IMG/VR virus record: IMGVR_UViG_3300023174_000047
Span: 32,001-96,000 of that record
Direction: 5' to 3' (one strand)
Length of the DNA: 64,000 nt
DNA from: a virus
Taxonomy: Duplodnaviria > Caudoviricetes
Of the stretch, positions 47,175 to 56,955 are shown piece after piece. The position numbers and the translations under genes are program-made. The notes under the pieces were generated by a model, which saw only the letters and a list, made by a program, of their open reading frames with translations, searched no databases and was not told the origin of the DNA. Numbering within the stretch: position 1 is the first letter of the stretch; every line of letters begins with the position of its first letter.

Positions 47175-47573
47175 ATGAACGAGCTGCTCTCAAGATACAT
47201 TGAGCAAATCAAAGCTGATTTAGAGATAAATCAAATTAATATTGCTGATGTGGCAAGAAAGCTACCTGTACGCAGGCATTTCTGGGCTGCGCGACTCATT
47301 GAACATAAAATCAAAATAACTTCTCTTGAGAAACAAAAGCAGCAGATATTAAAAGAGGTATCCCAAAAGATAATCAGTGAAGCTCCAGTAAAAATTGAAG
47401 CAAAAAACATTAATAAAGCTGCAGAGCAAAGCGAATCCATTCAAAAAATCAATGAAGACATTACTGACAATAAAAATATTGTAGAATTTCTTGAACAGGT
47501 GCAGAGAAATTTCTTCTCTGCAACCTATGACGTTAAAAACGTCATTGACATACTTAAACTCGAGCAGACATGA
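47175..47573 (+). CDS. uvsY: Recombination mediator
   Basis: IKADLEIN...KLP...FWAARL coiled coil directly upstream of uvsW. Confidence 0.7.
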   Translation: MNELLSRYIEQIKADLEINQINIADVARKLPVRRHFWAARLIEHKIKITSLEKQKQQILKEVSQKIISEAPVKIEAKNINKAAEQSESIQKINEDITDNKNIVEFLEQVQRNFFSATYDVKNVIDILKLEQT

Positions 47574-47596
47574 GTTTAAGTATGTAATTTTTTTGA

Positions 47597-49039
47597 ATGA
47601 ACATCAAGTTTGATATTGTCAATGATGATGCTTATATCATTGCAACAGATGAAGTGCTAGAACAAATAAGATTTGAATTTAGCATTGAAAATGCTGCAAA
47701 AAACTTTGTTAAGGGCAGGAAAAAAAATTTTATACCTAGCCGCATATATGCAATTGCACCTACTGGTAAATTTGAAATAGGGCTTGCCGGTGAAATCTTG
47801 CGCATTATAGCCTGCAAGCAGCTTGCATCTAAAGTCGAAATGACAGATGCATTCAAAAAGCTTTATAAACCTACCATTGATGCACAGGTATATAATTCAC
47901 TAGCATTTGAACTGAGAAGCTACCAACACGAAGGCATCTCAAAAGCACTTAAACAGGGCAGAGGCATCTGTCTACTTGCAACAGGAGCAGGTAAAACGCT
48001 CATCATGGCATGTTTAGCAGCAAGTATAAAAACACCATGCAAGCCCTTCAAGTGTTTAATCGTTGTACCGGATCCTGGTCTTGCAATGCAGACATACAAT
48101 GATTTTCAAAAATATCAGGTGCCGTTTAAAGTAAGCTTGTGGACAGGTGAGCACGACTTAGATGAAACTGCAGATGTAATTATTGCAAGTCAGCGTATTC
48201 TGCTTACCCGTGCTGATAATAATAAATGGCTTTACAAAGTAGATGTACTCATTGTAGATGAAGTTCATACCATCAAGAAGGATAATAAGATTAATAAAAT
48301 TATCAGCAAGATTAAAACAAGCAATCGCTTTGGAATGACTGGTACTATGCCAGCAGCCGCAACTGACAAATGGAATGTCTTGGGACTGTTTGGTGAAATA
48401 TTGATTATTAAATCAAGTGCAGAGTTGCGCGCAGGTGGATATCTTGCAGAAGTTGAGGTAAAAATACTAAACATCACATACAAAAGTACACCCCAGCAGA
48501 TAGATAAGCGTGATAAAAACCTATCTACAGCAAAATATAGAGCGGAATTGGAATTTTTGCATCATAATGAATATAGAAACAGCATAATTAAACAGTTATG
48601 CTGTAACTTTAACAATAATGTATTAATTCTCATTAATCATCTGGATCATGGCGCTGTGTTATTCGAAAAGCTACAACAATGCCCCAACAAGCAAGTCAAA
48701 TACATTCATGGTGGTGTAGATATGGATGATAGAGAGCAAGTTAAAGATCTCATGGAACAACACAATGATATGATTGTGATAGCCATGAGCAAGATTTTTT
48801 CCACAGGCATTAGTATTAACAATATTCATATGATTTTATTTGCTGCTGGTGGTAAAAGTTTTGTACGCGTGGTGCAGAGCATAGGCCGTGGCTTAAGATT
48901 ACACGAAACAAAAAATAAACTCATCATTATTGATGTTCAAGACAATTTAAAATATGGTTCTAATCATGCTGCTGTGAGAACACAAATATATAAATCAGAA
49001 AAAATTGACTTATCAGTCAATTGCTTTGTAGAGAAATAA
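47597..49039 (+). CDS. uvsW: SF2 DNA helicase
   Basis: LRSYQ, ATGAGKT, IVDEVH, GMTGT, FSTGISI and VQSIGRGLR. Confidence 0.95.
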   Translation: MNIKFDIVNDDAYIIATDEVLEQIRFEFSIENAAKNFVKGRKKNFIPSRIYAIAPTGKFEIGLAGEILRIIACKQLASKVEMTDAFKKLYKPTIDAQVYNSLAFELRSYQHEGISKALKQGRGICLLATGAGKTLIMACLAASIKTPCKPFKCLIVVPDPGLAMQTYNDFQKYQVPFKVSLWTGEHDLDETADVIIASQRILLTRADNNKWLYKVDVLIVDEVHTIKKDNKINKIISKIKTSNRFGMTGTMPAAATDKWNVLGLFGEILIIKSSAELRAGGYLAEVEVKILNITYKSTPQQIDKRDKNLSTAKYRAELEFLHHNEYRNSIIKQLCCNFNNNVLILINHLDHGAVLFEKLQQCPNKQVKYIHGGVDMDDREQVKDLMEQHNDMIVIAMSKIFSTGISINNIHMILFAAGGKSFVRVVQSIGRGLRLHETKNKLIIIDVQDNLKYGSNHAAVRTQIYKSEKIDLSVNCFVEK

Positions 49040-49063
49040 CAACCCCAATATAGAATAAAAATT

Positions 49064-49546
49064 ATGTCAGTGCAAGTAAAAAAACCAACAACCAAGTTCA
49101 GCAAAGAACAATTTTACGTTAATCCTGAAGTGTTTAAGCAGCAAATCATAGAGTTTTACAAAACAGAATTTTGTGTTGCTGAATTAGGAGATAATTTAAA
49201 TAAAATTGCTCATGGGCTAAGCTTTTCACCCAGCTTCATCAATTATACATATAGAGATGAAATGATTGGAGATGCATTGGTAAAAATGTATGGTGCCCTC
49301 AAGCACAAAAAATACAATACTAATACAGAAACAAATCCGTTCTCGTATTTTACAACCATTGCTTTTCATGCATTCATTAACCGCATTAAAAAGGAAAAAA
49401 AGCACCACGAAGCACTTGAACAATACAAAGCAAATGAATATGAGAAGTTGCTAACCACAGGCATGGTTCACGACGAAAAATATCATATATACACCAAGCC
49501 ATCTTCAGATGATTCAGACTACGAACAAGATAGCGATTTTCAGTGA
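49064..49546 (+). CDS. gp55: Late transcription sigma factor
   Basis: YVN, KIAHGLS, F.NYTYRDEMIGDA and NPFSYFT.IAFHAF.NRIKKEKK. Confidence 0.93.
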   Translation: MSVQVKKPTTKFSKEQFYVNPEVFKQQIIEFYKTEFCVAELGDNLNKIAHGLSFSPSFINYTYRDEMIGDALVKMYGALKHKKYNTNTETNPFSYFTTIAFHAFINRIKKEKKHHEALEQYKANEYEKLLTTGMVHDEKYHIYTKPSSDDSDYEQDSDFQ

Positions 49547-50558
49547 CCTGCATGTTGGTGTACATTGCAATGGTGCTGCATGGCATGATATATCACTTGA
49601 ATGGGTGCAGTGGTTTGCGAATGATCTTAAAAATAGGTGCATAACAGATATAATATTTTGTGGAGATTTTTTCCATGAAAGAGATGCTGTTGCAGTCAAT
49701 ACTATTCATGTAGCTTGTAGAATTTTAAGTGCATTATCAGACTTTAACTTGCATATGTTTCCAGGCAATCATGATTGCTTCTATAAGGAAAAGAGTGATA
49801 TAAATTCTTTGAGCATTATGCAAGGTCGCAGCAATGTGTTCGTATATGACAAGCCGACACATGCAAGGATTGGAGACAACTGTGAAGCATTTTTATGCCC
49901 ATGGGGCACAGACATTGAGCAAATTGCAGCATGCGATGTTGTGTTTGGTCATTTTGAAATTCAAACGTTCAAAATGAATACATTTAAATTGTGTGACCAC
50001 GGCATAAGCATCAGACAGTTGCTCGAAAAATCGCCGCTCGTTTTTTCAGGTCATTTTCACTTTAGAGATGAGAGAGTTTTTGAAATTGGTAAAATAGTAT
50101 ATGTGGGTAATCCATTTCAAATGGATCTTAATGATGCTGACAATGACAAAGGATATTATATTTTTGATGGAGATACCAAGGAGTATGAATTCATCAACAA
50201 CACCATTTCACCCAAAATATACAAAGTGAAACTTTCCAGCATTGCATTGCAAGACATATGCATTGAAGAACTGCATAGCAAGATAAAAAATAACATCATT
50301 ACATTCATCATTGATGAATTGTTAAGCAGTGATGACATTGAAATTATTAAGAGCAAGATGCATAGTTTTAAGCCACTACAAATCACCTTTGAGACTGAAT
50401 CAAACAAGAATGATAGCAGCAACATTAATGGCATAGATTATTCCTTTGAAGGCATTGATACTGAACAAGCAATCATTGAATTCATTGAATTGATGAATTA
50501 TCCTAACAAAGTCGATTTGCAAAAATATGCAATTGATCTCTACCGCAAATTACAATGA
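49509..50558 (+). CDS. gp47: Recombination nuclease subunit (Mre11/SbcD-like)
   Basis: FSDLHVG, CGDFFH, PGNHD, GHFE, SGHFH and YVGNPFQ. Confidence 0.95.
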   Translation: MIQTTNKIAIFSDLHVGVHCNGAAWHDISLEWVQWFANDLKNRCITDIIFCGDFFHERDAVAVNTIHVACRILSALSDFNLHMFPGNHDCFYKEKSDINSLSIMQGRSNVFVYDKPTHARIGDNCEAFLCPWGTDIEQIAACDVVFGHFEIQTFKMNTFKLCDHGISIRQLLEKSPLVFSGHFHFRDERVFEIGKIVYVGNPFQMDLNDADNDKGYYIFDGDTKEYEFINNTISPKIYKVKLSSIALQDICIEELHSKIKNNIITFIIDELLSSDDIEIIKSKMHSFKPLQITFETESNKNDSSNINGIDYSFEGIDTEQAIIEFIELMNYPNKVDLQKYAIDLYRKLQ

Positions 50559-52348
50559 AACATATTGATTTTAAAAAGCTCTCCATAAGTAACTTTCTAT
50601 CAGTAGGTAGAGAGCCAGTTGTTATTAATTTTAATGAAGGAATTAATATCATTACTGGTATTAATAAAGACATGGATGATAGGCGCAATGGAGTTGGTAA
50701 ATCAACCATTGCTGATGCTCTATATTTTGCTATCTTTGGAACAACCATGAGGGAGATCAAAAAGGATTTCATTGGCAACAGCATCACAAATGGAATGTGT
50801 GCTGTGGAATTAGAGTTTAGTATAAACACGCCAAATGCAAACAGTGATTATAGGATAGTGAGAACTTTAAATCCAAGCAAATGTTTTTTATTTAAAGACG
50901 GTGATGATGTTACACGAGACTCAATGGCAAATACCACTCAATATATTAATGAGCTGATTGAAGCTACGCCAAGTATTTTTCAAAACTGTGTAATTATGAC
51001 ACTCAACGGAACAATTCCGTTCATGGCACAAAACAAGGTAGATAAGAGAAAATTCATTGAAAGCATTTTTAATTTACAGGTCTTTAGTAAGATGCTTACA
51101 CATGCAAGAGACGAATATAATGACTGTAAAAAGCTTTATGACATGGAGTTGTTTAAACTCAATGAAACACAAACCAATCTTATAAAATTTAAAAATCAAA
51201 AACAGTCCATCTTATCTGACAGAATAGCAAGACTCACTGAAATTGAAACTACGATTAATAACAAGAATACAGAGAGAGATTTTATACAAAAGCAAATCAA
51301 TTTGATTGAAGTTGTAGACATCAACAAGGTAAATAATACAATTAATAGCCTCAATACAGGTGTAGATAAATGCCAAGAAATCATTGACGGATTGATTCAA
51401 CAAATTGCTGTCAATGAAATGCAAATTAAAAATATTAGCATCAAAAAGAATTCAATAGGAACAAGCGATGATGTTTGTTCAAAATGCTTAAAACCCATTG
51501 ATGCAAATGATATAAATCACCTGGAGCAGGAAAAGGCAAAATTACAAAATCAAATTGATGATCTATGCAGTACTCTTGCAAAAGATAAGCAGCAGATCGC
51601 CAATGTGCGTGACAAAAAGGATGAAATTAAAAAGCTCATTGCTAAAAATAAACAAAAATTGCAGGCATATGAACAGAATGAGAGAAATAAAAATTTATTA
51701 GTTAGCAAGGTAAATGTAATTGATGAATATTTTAACACTGTTGGTACATACGTTGAGTCATTAAAAAGTACAGTTACAGGTGTAGATGATGTTATAGTTG
51801 ACAATCAAGATAAAATTTTAAAAATAGAAAAGAAGGTTAAGGAGCAACTTGATGTTGTAAATCTCCTAAACACCCTGAGAGTTATTGTCTCAGAAGAAGG
51901 TGTCAAATCTTATATCATCAAAAAGATTTTATCCATCTTAAATGCAAAGCTTCAACTTTATCTTAATCGCATTGGCTTCAAATGCACATGCAGATTCAAT
52001 GAATTTTTTGAGGAAGAAATCTTCAACGACAAGGGTAAATTATGCAGCTATTTTAATTTCTCTGGTGCAGAGCGTAAAAGCATTGACCTTGCTTGTTTGT
52101 TTGCATTTATCGATATCCGCAGAATGCAGGGAAGTGTAGCATATAATGTTGTGTTTTATGATGAATTGCTTGATACGAGTCTTGACGATAAAGGCGTAGA
52201 ACTGGTTTATAACATCATTGTTGAGCGTGCAAATACATACAATGAATGCGCATACATCATTACACACCGCAAAGAGAGTACTTTTTTTGCGACAAGCAAA
52301 ATAATTTTACTTGAAAAAGAAAATGGTATCACGAGACGAGTTGATTGA
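50555..52348 (+). CDS. gp46: Recombination ATPase subunit (Rad50/SbcC-like)
   Basis: NGVGKST, zinc-hook CSKC, FSGAE signature, YDELLD and ITH. Confidence 0.96.
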   Translation: MKHIDFKKLSISNFLSVGREPVVINFNEGINIITGINKDMDDRRNGVGKSTIADALYFAIFGTTMREIKKDFIGNSITNGMCAVELEFSINTPNANSDYRIVRTLNPSKCFLFKDGDDVTRDSMANTTQYINELIEATPSIFQNCVIMTLNGTIPFMAQNKVDKRKFIESIFNLQVFSKMLTHARDEYNDCKKLYDMELFKLNETQTNLIKFKNQKQSILSDRIARLTEIETTINNKNTERDFIQKQINLIEVVDINKVNNTINSLNTGVDKCQEIIDGLIQQIAVNEMQIKNISIKKNSIGTSDDVCSKCLKPIDANDINHLEQEKAKLQNQIDDLCSTLAKDKQQIANVRDKKDEIKKLIAKNKQKLQAYEQNERNKNLLVSKVNVIDEYFNTVGTYVESLKSTVTGVDDVIVDNQDKILKIEKKVKEQLDVVNLLNTLRVIVSEEGVKSYIIKKILSILNAKLQLYLNRIGFKCTCRFNEFFEEEIFNDKGKLCSYFNFSGAERKSIDLACLFAFIDIRRMQGSVAYNVVFYDELLDTSLDDKGVELVYNIIVERANTYNECAYIITHRKESTFFATSKIILLEKENGITRRVD

Positions 52349-52373
52349 TGATTGACTATGAATACATAAGAAT

Positions 52374-53591
52374 ATGATTAATGCATCGCCGTTTAGGCAG
52401 CCTTTTAAATCGCCTTTTGCACAGCCAAAGCAGCCAATGCAGCCCGTGCAGCAAGCCGCACCACAGCCACATTCACCAGAAGAAGATTTGCCGCGTGTGT
52501 TGCAATATGCAGCGGATGCTTCTGGGTGCGGGTTTTGGCGTTTGTTTTGGCCAGAGCATATTTTGAATGCAAATCAAAAAGCCATGGTTACTACAACAAC
52601 GGTGATGAATCCAAGCGAGCAATTTTATGCACCACTCAAAGCTATAAGAGTACAGCGTCAAGCAACAAAGGCACAGTTAGATTTTATGCAATATCTAACA
52701 CAGCTAAGACAGAAATACGGATTTCGCATTATTTATGAAATTGATGATGTTGTGTTTCATGAAGATATTCCAGACTACAACAAATTTAAGTTTGCGTTTG
52801 AATCAGAAGAAATTCGCAACAACATCATTACTATGATAAACATGTGTGATGAAGTGACTGTTACAAATGAATATATGCGTGACTACTTTAGACAGAAGAC
52901 AGGCAAAAAAGAAATTTCTGTAATTCCAAACTTCCCACCTGATTGGTGGATAGGTAGGTATAGTGATCCTAAGCGCAGTTATGATTTGCTGTTAAAGCAC
53001 AAGAAAAAGCCGCGTATTTTGTATGCAGGATCGGGTGCACATTTTGATGTTGACAATAAAGTCAATCAGCAAGATGATTTTGAAGATGTTATTAAACACA
53101 TCATTGATTCCCGTCACAAATATACGTGGATATTCATTGGTGCAGCACCAATGCAGCTTATTCCATACATTAAATCTGGTGAGATTGAATATCATCCATG
53201 GCAAAAATTGTATGATTACCCCAAAAAAATATATGAATTGGAAGTGCAGATGCTTATAGCACCGCTGCAGGATAATAACTTTAACAGATGCAAAAGTGAC
53301 ATCAAGTTTATTGAAGCATGCTGCATGGGGTTACCTGTTGCATGCCAGGATATGGTTACATATAAAAATGCACTCATTAAGTTTGAAACAGGTGAAGAGA
53401 TGATGTTTAAAATTGAAGATACCCTCAGACGTACCAATAGATATCTTGAAAATTCATATGATTATCGCAAGATTGGCGAAAATAGATTCCTTGAAAAGGA
53501 TGAAAATCATGACTGCTATGTTGAATTATTTACAACACCATACGGTAGCGCTGATCGCAAATGTCTCAACAAATTTAATAATAGCATTTGA
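52374..53591 (+). CDS. GT-B (GT4-like) glycosyltransferase
   Basis: GCGFWRL, YEIDD, VTVTNEY, IPN, APLQDNNFNRCKSDIKFIE. Confidence 0.85.
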   Translation: MINASPFRQPFKSPFAQPKQPMQPVQQAAPQPHSPEEDLPRVLQYAADASGCGFWRLFWPEHILNANQKAMVTTTTVMNPSEQFYAPLKAIRVQRQATKAQLDFMQYLTQLRQKYGFRIIYEIDDVVFHEDIPDYNKFKFAFESEEIRNNIITMINMCDEVTVTNEYMRDYFRQKTGKKEISVIPNFPPDWWIGRYSDPKRSYDLLLKHKKKPRILYAGSGAHFDVDNKVNQQDDFEDVIKHIIDSRHKYTWIFIGAAPMQLIPYIKSGEIEYHPWQKLYDYPKKIYELEVQMLIAPLQDNNFNRCKSDIKFIEACCMGLPVACQDMVTYKNALIKFETGEEMMFKIEDTLRRTNRYLENSYDYRKIGENRFLEKDENHDCYVELFTTPYGSADRKCLNKFNNSI

Positions 53592-53616
53592 TATTAAGTC
53601 TGTAGTTGCTATAATT
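53587..53616 (+). promoter_or_regulatory. Sigma70-like promoter for the polymerase N-terminal gene
   Basis: TTGATA ... TATAAT a few nt upstream of the ATG at 53622. Confidence 0.6.
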
Positions 53617-53621
53617 GTGGA

Positions 53622-55118
53622 ATGATTGGCTATAGAAATGCAGTTTATATTCCACAAGAAGAGTGTGTGCGGGTGTATTCATGGGATGAAAATGGTGAGC
53701 GTGTATCTTATGATTCACATTATACTCCCTACGTAATGATTGAAGATGCTAACGGAAAAGATATTAGCATCTTCAATACCAAGCTACGCACGCGTAAATT
53801 TAAATCACAGTTTGATCGCAATAAATTTATTAAAGACTGTGGCACCAAGAGGCTATTTGAAAACCTCAATCCTGTTCAACAGTTTCTTGTTGATGCATTT
53901 TGGAAACATAATAACGATAGCGATTTTGGAAAATTTCCTGTGCGTGTTGCATTCATAGACATTGAAGTATTTTCACCACTTTCGTTTCCCACAGCAGAAC
54001 AAGCAGGACATCCCATCAACATAATTACAATTCATGATTCATTAACGAATAAACTTTATTCATGGGGCACTAAAGAATATAAGCACAACAGAGATGATTT
54101 AGTGTATAATTTTTGTAAAACAGAAAGACAGCTGCTACTCGAGTTTCTTGAGTTTTTTGAAACAATGCAAGCAGATTTACTGACAGGATGGAACAGTGCT
54201 GGCTTTGACGTTCCATACATCATCAATAGAATTAACAACACCATTGGTGAAGAGCATTCACAACGACTGTCTCCTGTGCGAAGAGTTTATAACAGAGTTC
54301 TCAACTCTGGTATGTTTGGTAGACAGCAGATAAGATGGTACATTGACGGACTATCCTGTGTAGATTACATTGATATTTACAAGCGATTTAGCTTTGTGAA
54401 TAGAGAGAGTTATAAGCTGGATCACATTGCTGAACTGGAGTTAGGTGAGAAAAAGATTGATTATGGCAATACAAATCTTGCTAGTCTTTCAATTGAAGAT
54501 TGGCAGTTGTTTGTTGACTACAACTTACAAGACGTAATGCTTCTTGTTAAAATGGATTTGAAACTGCAGTACATTGCTTTGCTTCGAATGCTTGCATACA
54601 TGGGACTAACCACCATAGAGAATGCAATGAGTACGCTATCAACAATCTCCGGTACAGCTGCTATTAGAGCTCGTCAAAAAGGTAAATATCTACCAACGTT
54701 TATTCGCGGAGATGATGATAGTAAAAATCCTGGAGCTTTTGTTGCAGAGCCGCTTGAGGGATTTCAGGCTAGTGTTGTTTCGTTTGATGCTAACTCTCTA
54801 TATCCTAATATTATGATTAGCCTCAATATGTCACCGGAAACAAAAGTAGGCCGAATCATAGAGAGTGAAGATAGTGACATTACAATTCAGCACATTAATG
54901 GATCAATACATAAGCTTGATGCAGTTAAGTTTGCTAAATTTGTTAAAGATGAAAAAATTGCAATATCAAAAGCCAAAGTGCTTTTCAGCCAAAAGAGCAA
55001 AGGTATTCTACCTGAGATCGTTGACGAATACTACAATGAGCGTGTAGCTGTTCGAAAAGAGATGATGAATCTTAAGAAGGAGTTAAGTCGAATAGAGGAG
55101 CAATTAAAGAATACTTAA
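53622..55118 (+). CDS. gp43: Family B DNA polymerase, N-terminal subunit (exonuclease, motif A, first fingers helix)
   Basis: FIDIEV, TGWNSAGFDVPY, YKLDHIAELELG, YNLQDV, GAFV and SFDANSLYP. Stops after ERVAVRKEMM, before motif B. Confidence 0.95.
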   Translation: MIGYRNAVYIPQEECVRVYSWDENGERVSYDSHYTPYVMIEDANGKDISIFNTKLRTRKFKSQFDRNKFIKDCGTKRLFENLNPVQQFLVDAFWKHNNDSDFGKFPVRVAFIDIEVFSPLSFPTAEQAGHPINIITIHDSLTNKLYSWGTKEYKHNRDDLVYNFCKTERQLLLEFLEFFETMQADLLTGWNSAGFDVPYIINRINNTIGEEHSQRLSPVRRVYNRVLNSGMFGRQQIRWYIDGLSCVDYIDIYKRFSFVNRESYKLDHIAELELGEKKIDYGNTNLASLSIEDWQLFVDYNLQDVMLLVKMDLKLQYIALLRMLAYMGLTTIENAMSTLSTISGTAAIRARQKGKYLPTFIRGDDDSKNPGAFVAEPLEGFQASVVSFDANSLYPNIMISLNMSPETKVGRIIESEDSDITIQHINGSIHKLDAVKFAKFVKDEKIAISKAKVLFSQKSKGILPEIVDEYYNERVAVRKEMMNLKKELSRIEEQLKNT

Positions 55119-55985
55119 AATGTTTTGATATTCTTGCAGTGTAGGTTTGCGCTTTTCAGCACCTCGTATAATAATTTGTTTTTTTACTTTACGCATATTT
55201 ATAGGTGATGTAAAGTCGTTAGATCTTATTCTATCCATAATACCATCTCTTGAAAATCCATTACCTATAGTCCATTCAATTAAAAATTTTGACTGTTCAC
55301 TACCTAGCAGGCAGTCATATATTTTGACAAAATATTGCGGTTTTTTATATGAAGCCTTTGAACATTTTGATTGTGTTAATAATAATTGCTCACTAGAACG
55401 GTTATAGTATGTTTTACACCAAGCATTATAACGTTTATTTTCTTTATTTTGTTTCGCTTCAGGTGATAAATTGTCCCAATATTGTCGAAATTTAGCTTTT
55501 TTAATATACTCACCTTCAACTGTTCTGCCGTGCTTGCTTTTCACACCATGTTTTTTTCGTTGCTCTTGCGTCATATTTGCAAAATATGCTGATAACGTAT
55601 CACTTCTTTTTTGTCTTTGCTCATCTGACAGTTTTATTCCTAATACACCGCCACCGCCATCACAAAAATTATATAGTGGTCCCTGATTTAAATCAGCGCG
55701 CCCAATCAAATTAATTAGCATCATTTCTAATTTAACTGATTCTTCAAATGTTAAATTTTCATATAATGTTAGTATTACAGGTTCTAATTGTTGTTGCTTT
55801 AATTTATTAATTAAGTGAGATAAATGTATATTTGAAGATTTTTTTAAATGTGTATATTTGCGCTTGTGCTGTACACATCCTCTCCCTATATAAACAGGCT
55901 TAAAGTCGAAAGATACATCTCCGTATATAAAATTATCTGAACAGCGTGGATCTAAATATGCATAAACCTCAAATGTTTTGACCAT
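55104..55985 (-). CDS. Free-standing GIY-YIG (LEM3-like) homing endonuclease, antisense to the polymerase
   Basis: VYAYLDPR..VYIGRG, R..H, LE..LI..IGR.D..GPLYN..DGG, NUMOD3-like KLSDEQRQKRS; CATAAATA at 55992-55999. Confidence 0.85.
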   Translation of the reverse strand: MVKTFEVYAYLDPRCSDNFIYGDVSFDFKPVYIGRGCVQHKRKYTHLKKSSNIHLSHLINKLKQQQLEPVILTLYENLTFEESVKLEMMLINLIGRADLNQGPLYNFCDGGGGVLGIKLSDEQRQKRSDTLSAYFANMTQEQRKKHGVKSKHGRTVEGEYIKKAKFRQYWDNLSPEAKQNKENKRYNAWCKTYYNRSSEQLLLTQSKCSKASYKKPQYFVKIYDCLLGSEQSKFLIEWTIGNGFSRDGIMDRIRSNDFTSPINMRKVKKQIIIRGAEKRKPTLQEYQNILSIL

Positions 55986-56045
55986 ATACTCTATTTATGG
56001 TTAAAGGGTTGATAAACCAAATGCATTCACTATATTGTATTATCT

Positions 56046-56157
56046 ATGAAAGATAATAAACAACTATTAGAACGAGCTAATTATTTGCGCGATAAAATAG
56101 CGCAATTAAATGCAAAACAATTGTGTATAAAAATTTTTATTAATTCCGTGTACGGGT
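56046..56157 (+). CDS. gp43: DNA polymerase second subunit, exon 1 (motif B)
   Basis: Hand-translated MKDNKQLLERANYLRDKIAQLNAKQLCIKIFINSVYG. Not in the ORF track; TTGATA...TATATT upstream. Confidence 0.9.
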
Positions 56158-56398
56158 TAGCCTTTAGCCCCTTGCTTTAGTGGCAAGAAAATGCCTCTAA
56201 TTGCTGGGAAGTCTCAATGAGATAATCAGCAGCGAAGCGCTAATAATAGCGAACGTTCAACGACTACTGCACAGCAGGTAGGTATAAGCATACCGAAACG
56301 GGGCACACAATTTGTGATGATATAGTCTCATCTATACAGCGATGTATAGCAGCTCAAAAGAGCGCAACAAACGTAGCGATTTTGTTGGAAGAAAAATG
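56158..56398 (+). ncRNA. Group I intron, 241 nt, no internal ORF
   Basis: 5' exon ends in U and intron ends in G; P1 GGGU pairs with GCCC; cores AATTGCTGGGAA (56199), AATCAGCAGC (56224), GTTCAACGACTA (56255) and GATATAGTCT (56319). Removal restores NSVYGYMGNK in frame. Confidence 0.92.
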
Positions 56399-56931
56399 AC
56401 ATGGGCAATAAAAATGCACCGCTAGGTGATGATGACATTGCATCCTCTATTACACTTACAGGGCAATTCATCAACAAATCTTCTCGATCACTTGCAAGGG
56501 AATATGTTGCTAATGTTTTAGGTCATGACAAGTTTGAAGACATTGCTGTTGCCGGGGATACAGACAGTGTGGTTGCAGATGCTGTTATACGCACATCCTG
56601 CGGCAATTTTACAATGGAAGAGTTATATGAATTATGTGAAGAAAGGGGCGGAACTACAAGTATTTCTAAAACCGGTCATGAGTTTCTAACCCCTTCATTT
56701 GACATTACAACCAATTGCGTCGATATGGATGACTGTACTATGCAGAATGCTAAGATTAGCAAGATAAGTAAAAGAAAGGTAAAGAAAGAGATATACAGAT
56801 TGAGAGCTGATAACGGCAAATACATTGATGTAACTAAAGATCATAGTTGTATTGTCATGAGGAACGGTAAACTTATAAGTGTCAAGCCTGTAGACATCAT
56901 TAAAACTGATATGCTGGTGATACAAAAATAA
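56399..56931 (+). CDS. gp43: DNA polymerase second subunit, exon 2: motif C GDTD followed by the N-half of a split intein
   Basis: SITLTGQ...AGDTD, then SVVADAVIRT (block A, from 56566) and VTKDHSCIV (block B TxxH); ends at TAA after 121 intein residues. Confidence 0.92.
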
Positions 56932-56955
56932 GTATCACCAGCATAAATAGTACAT

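Noticed and set aside
55119-56045. GIY-YIG region as an ORF-containing group I intron that would rejoin the polymerase
   Set aside because: I found no group I core elements, the ORF is antisense, and the downstream part has its own promoter-like element and ATG. A true split fits better, though an Infernal search was not run.
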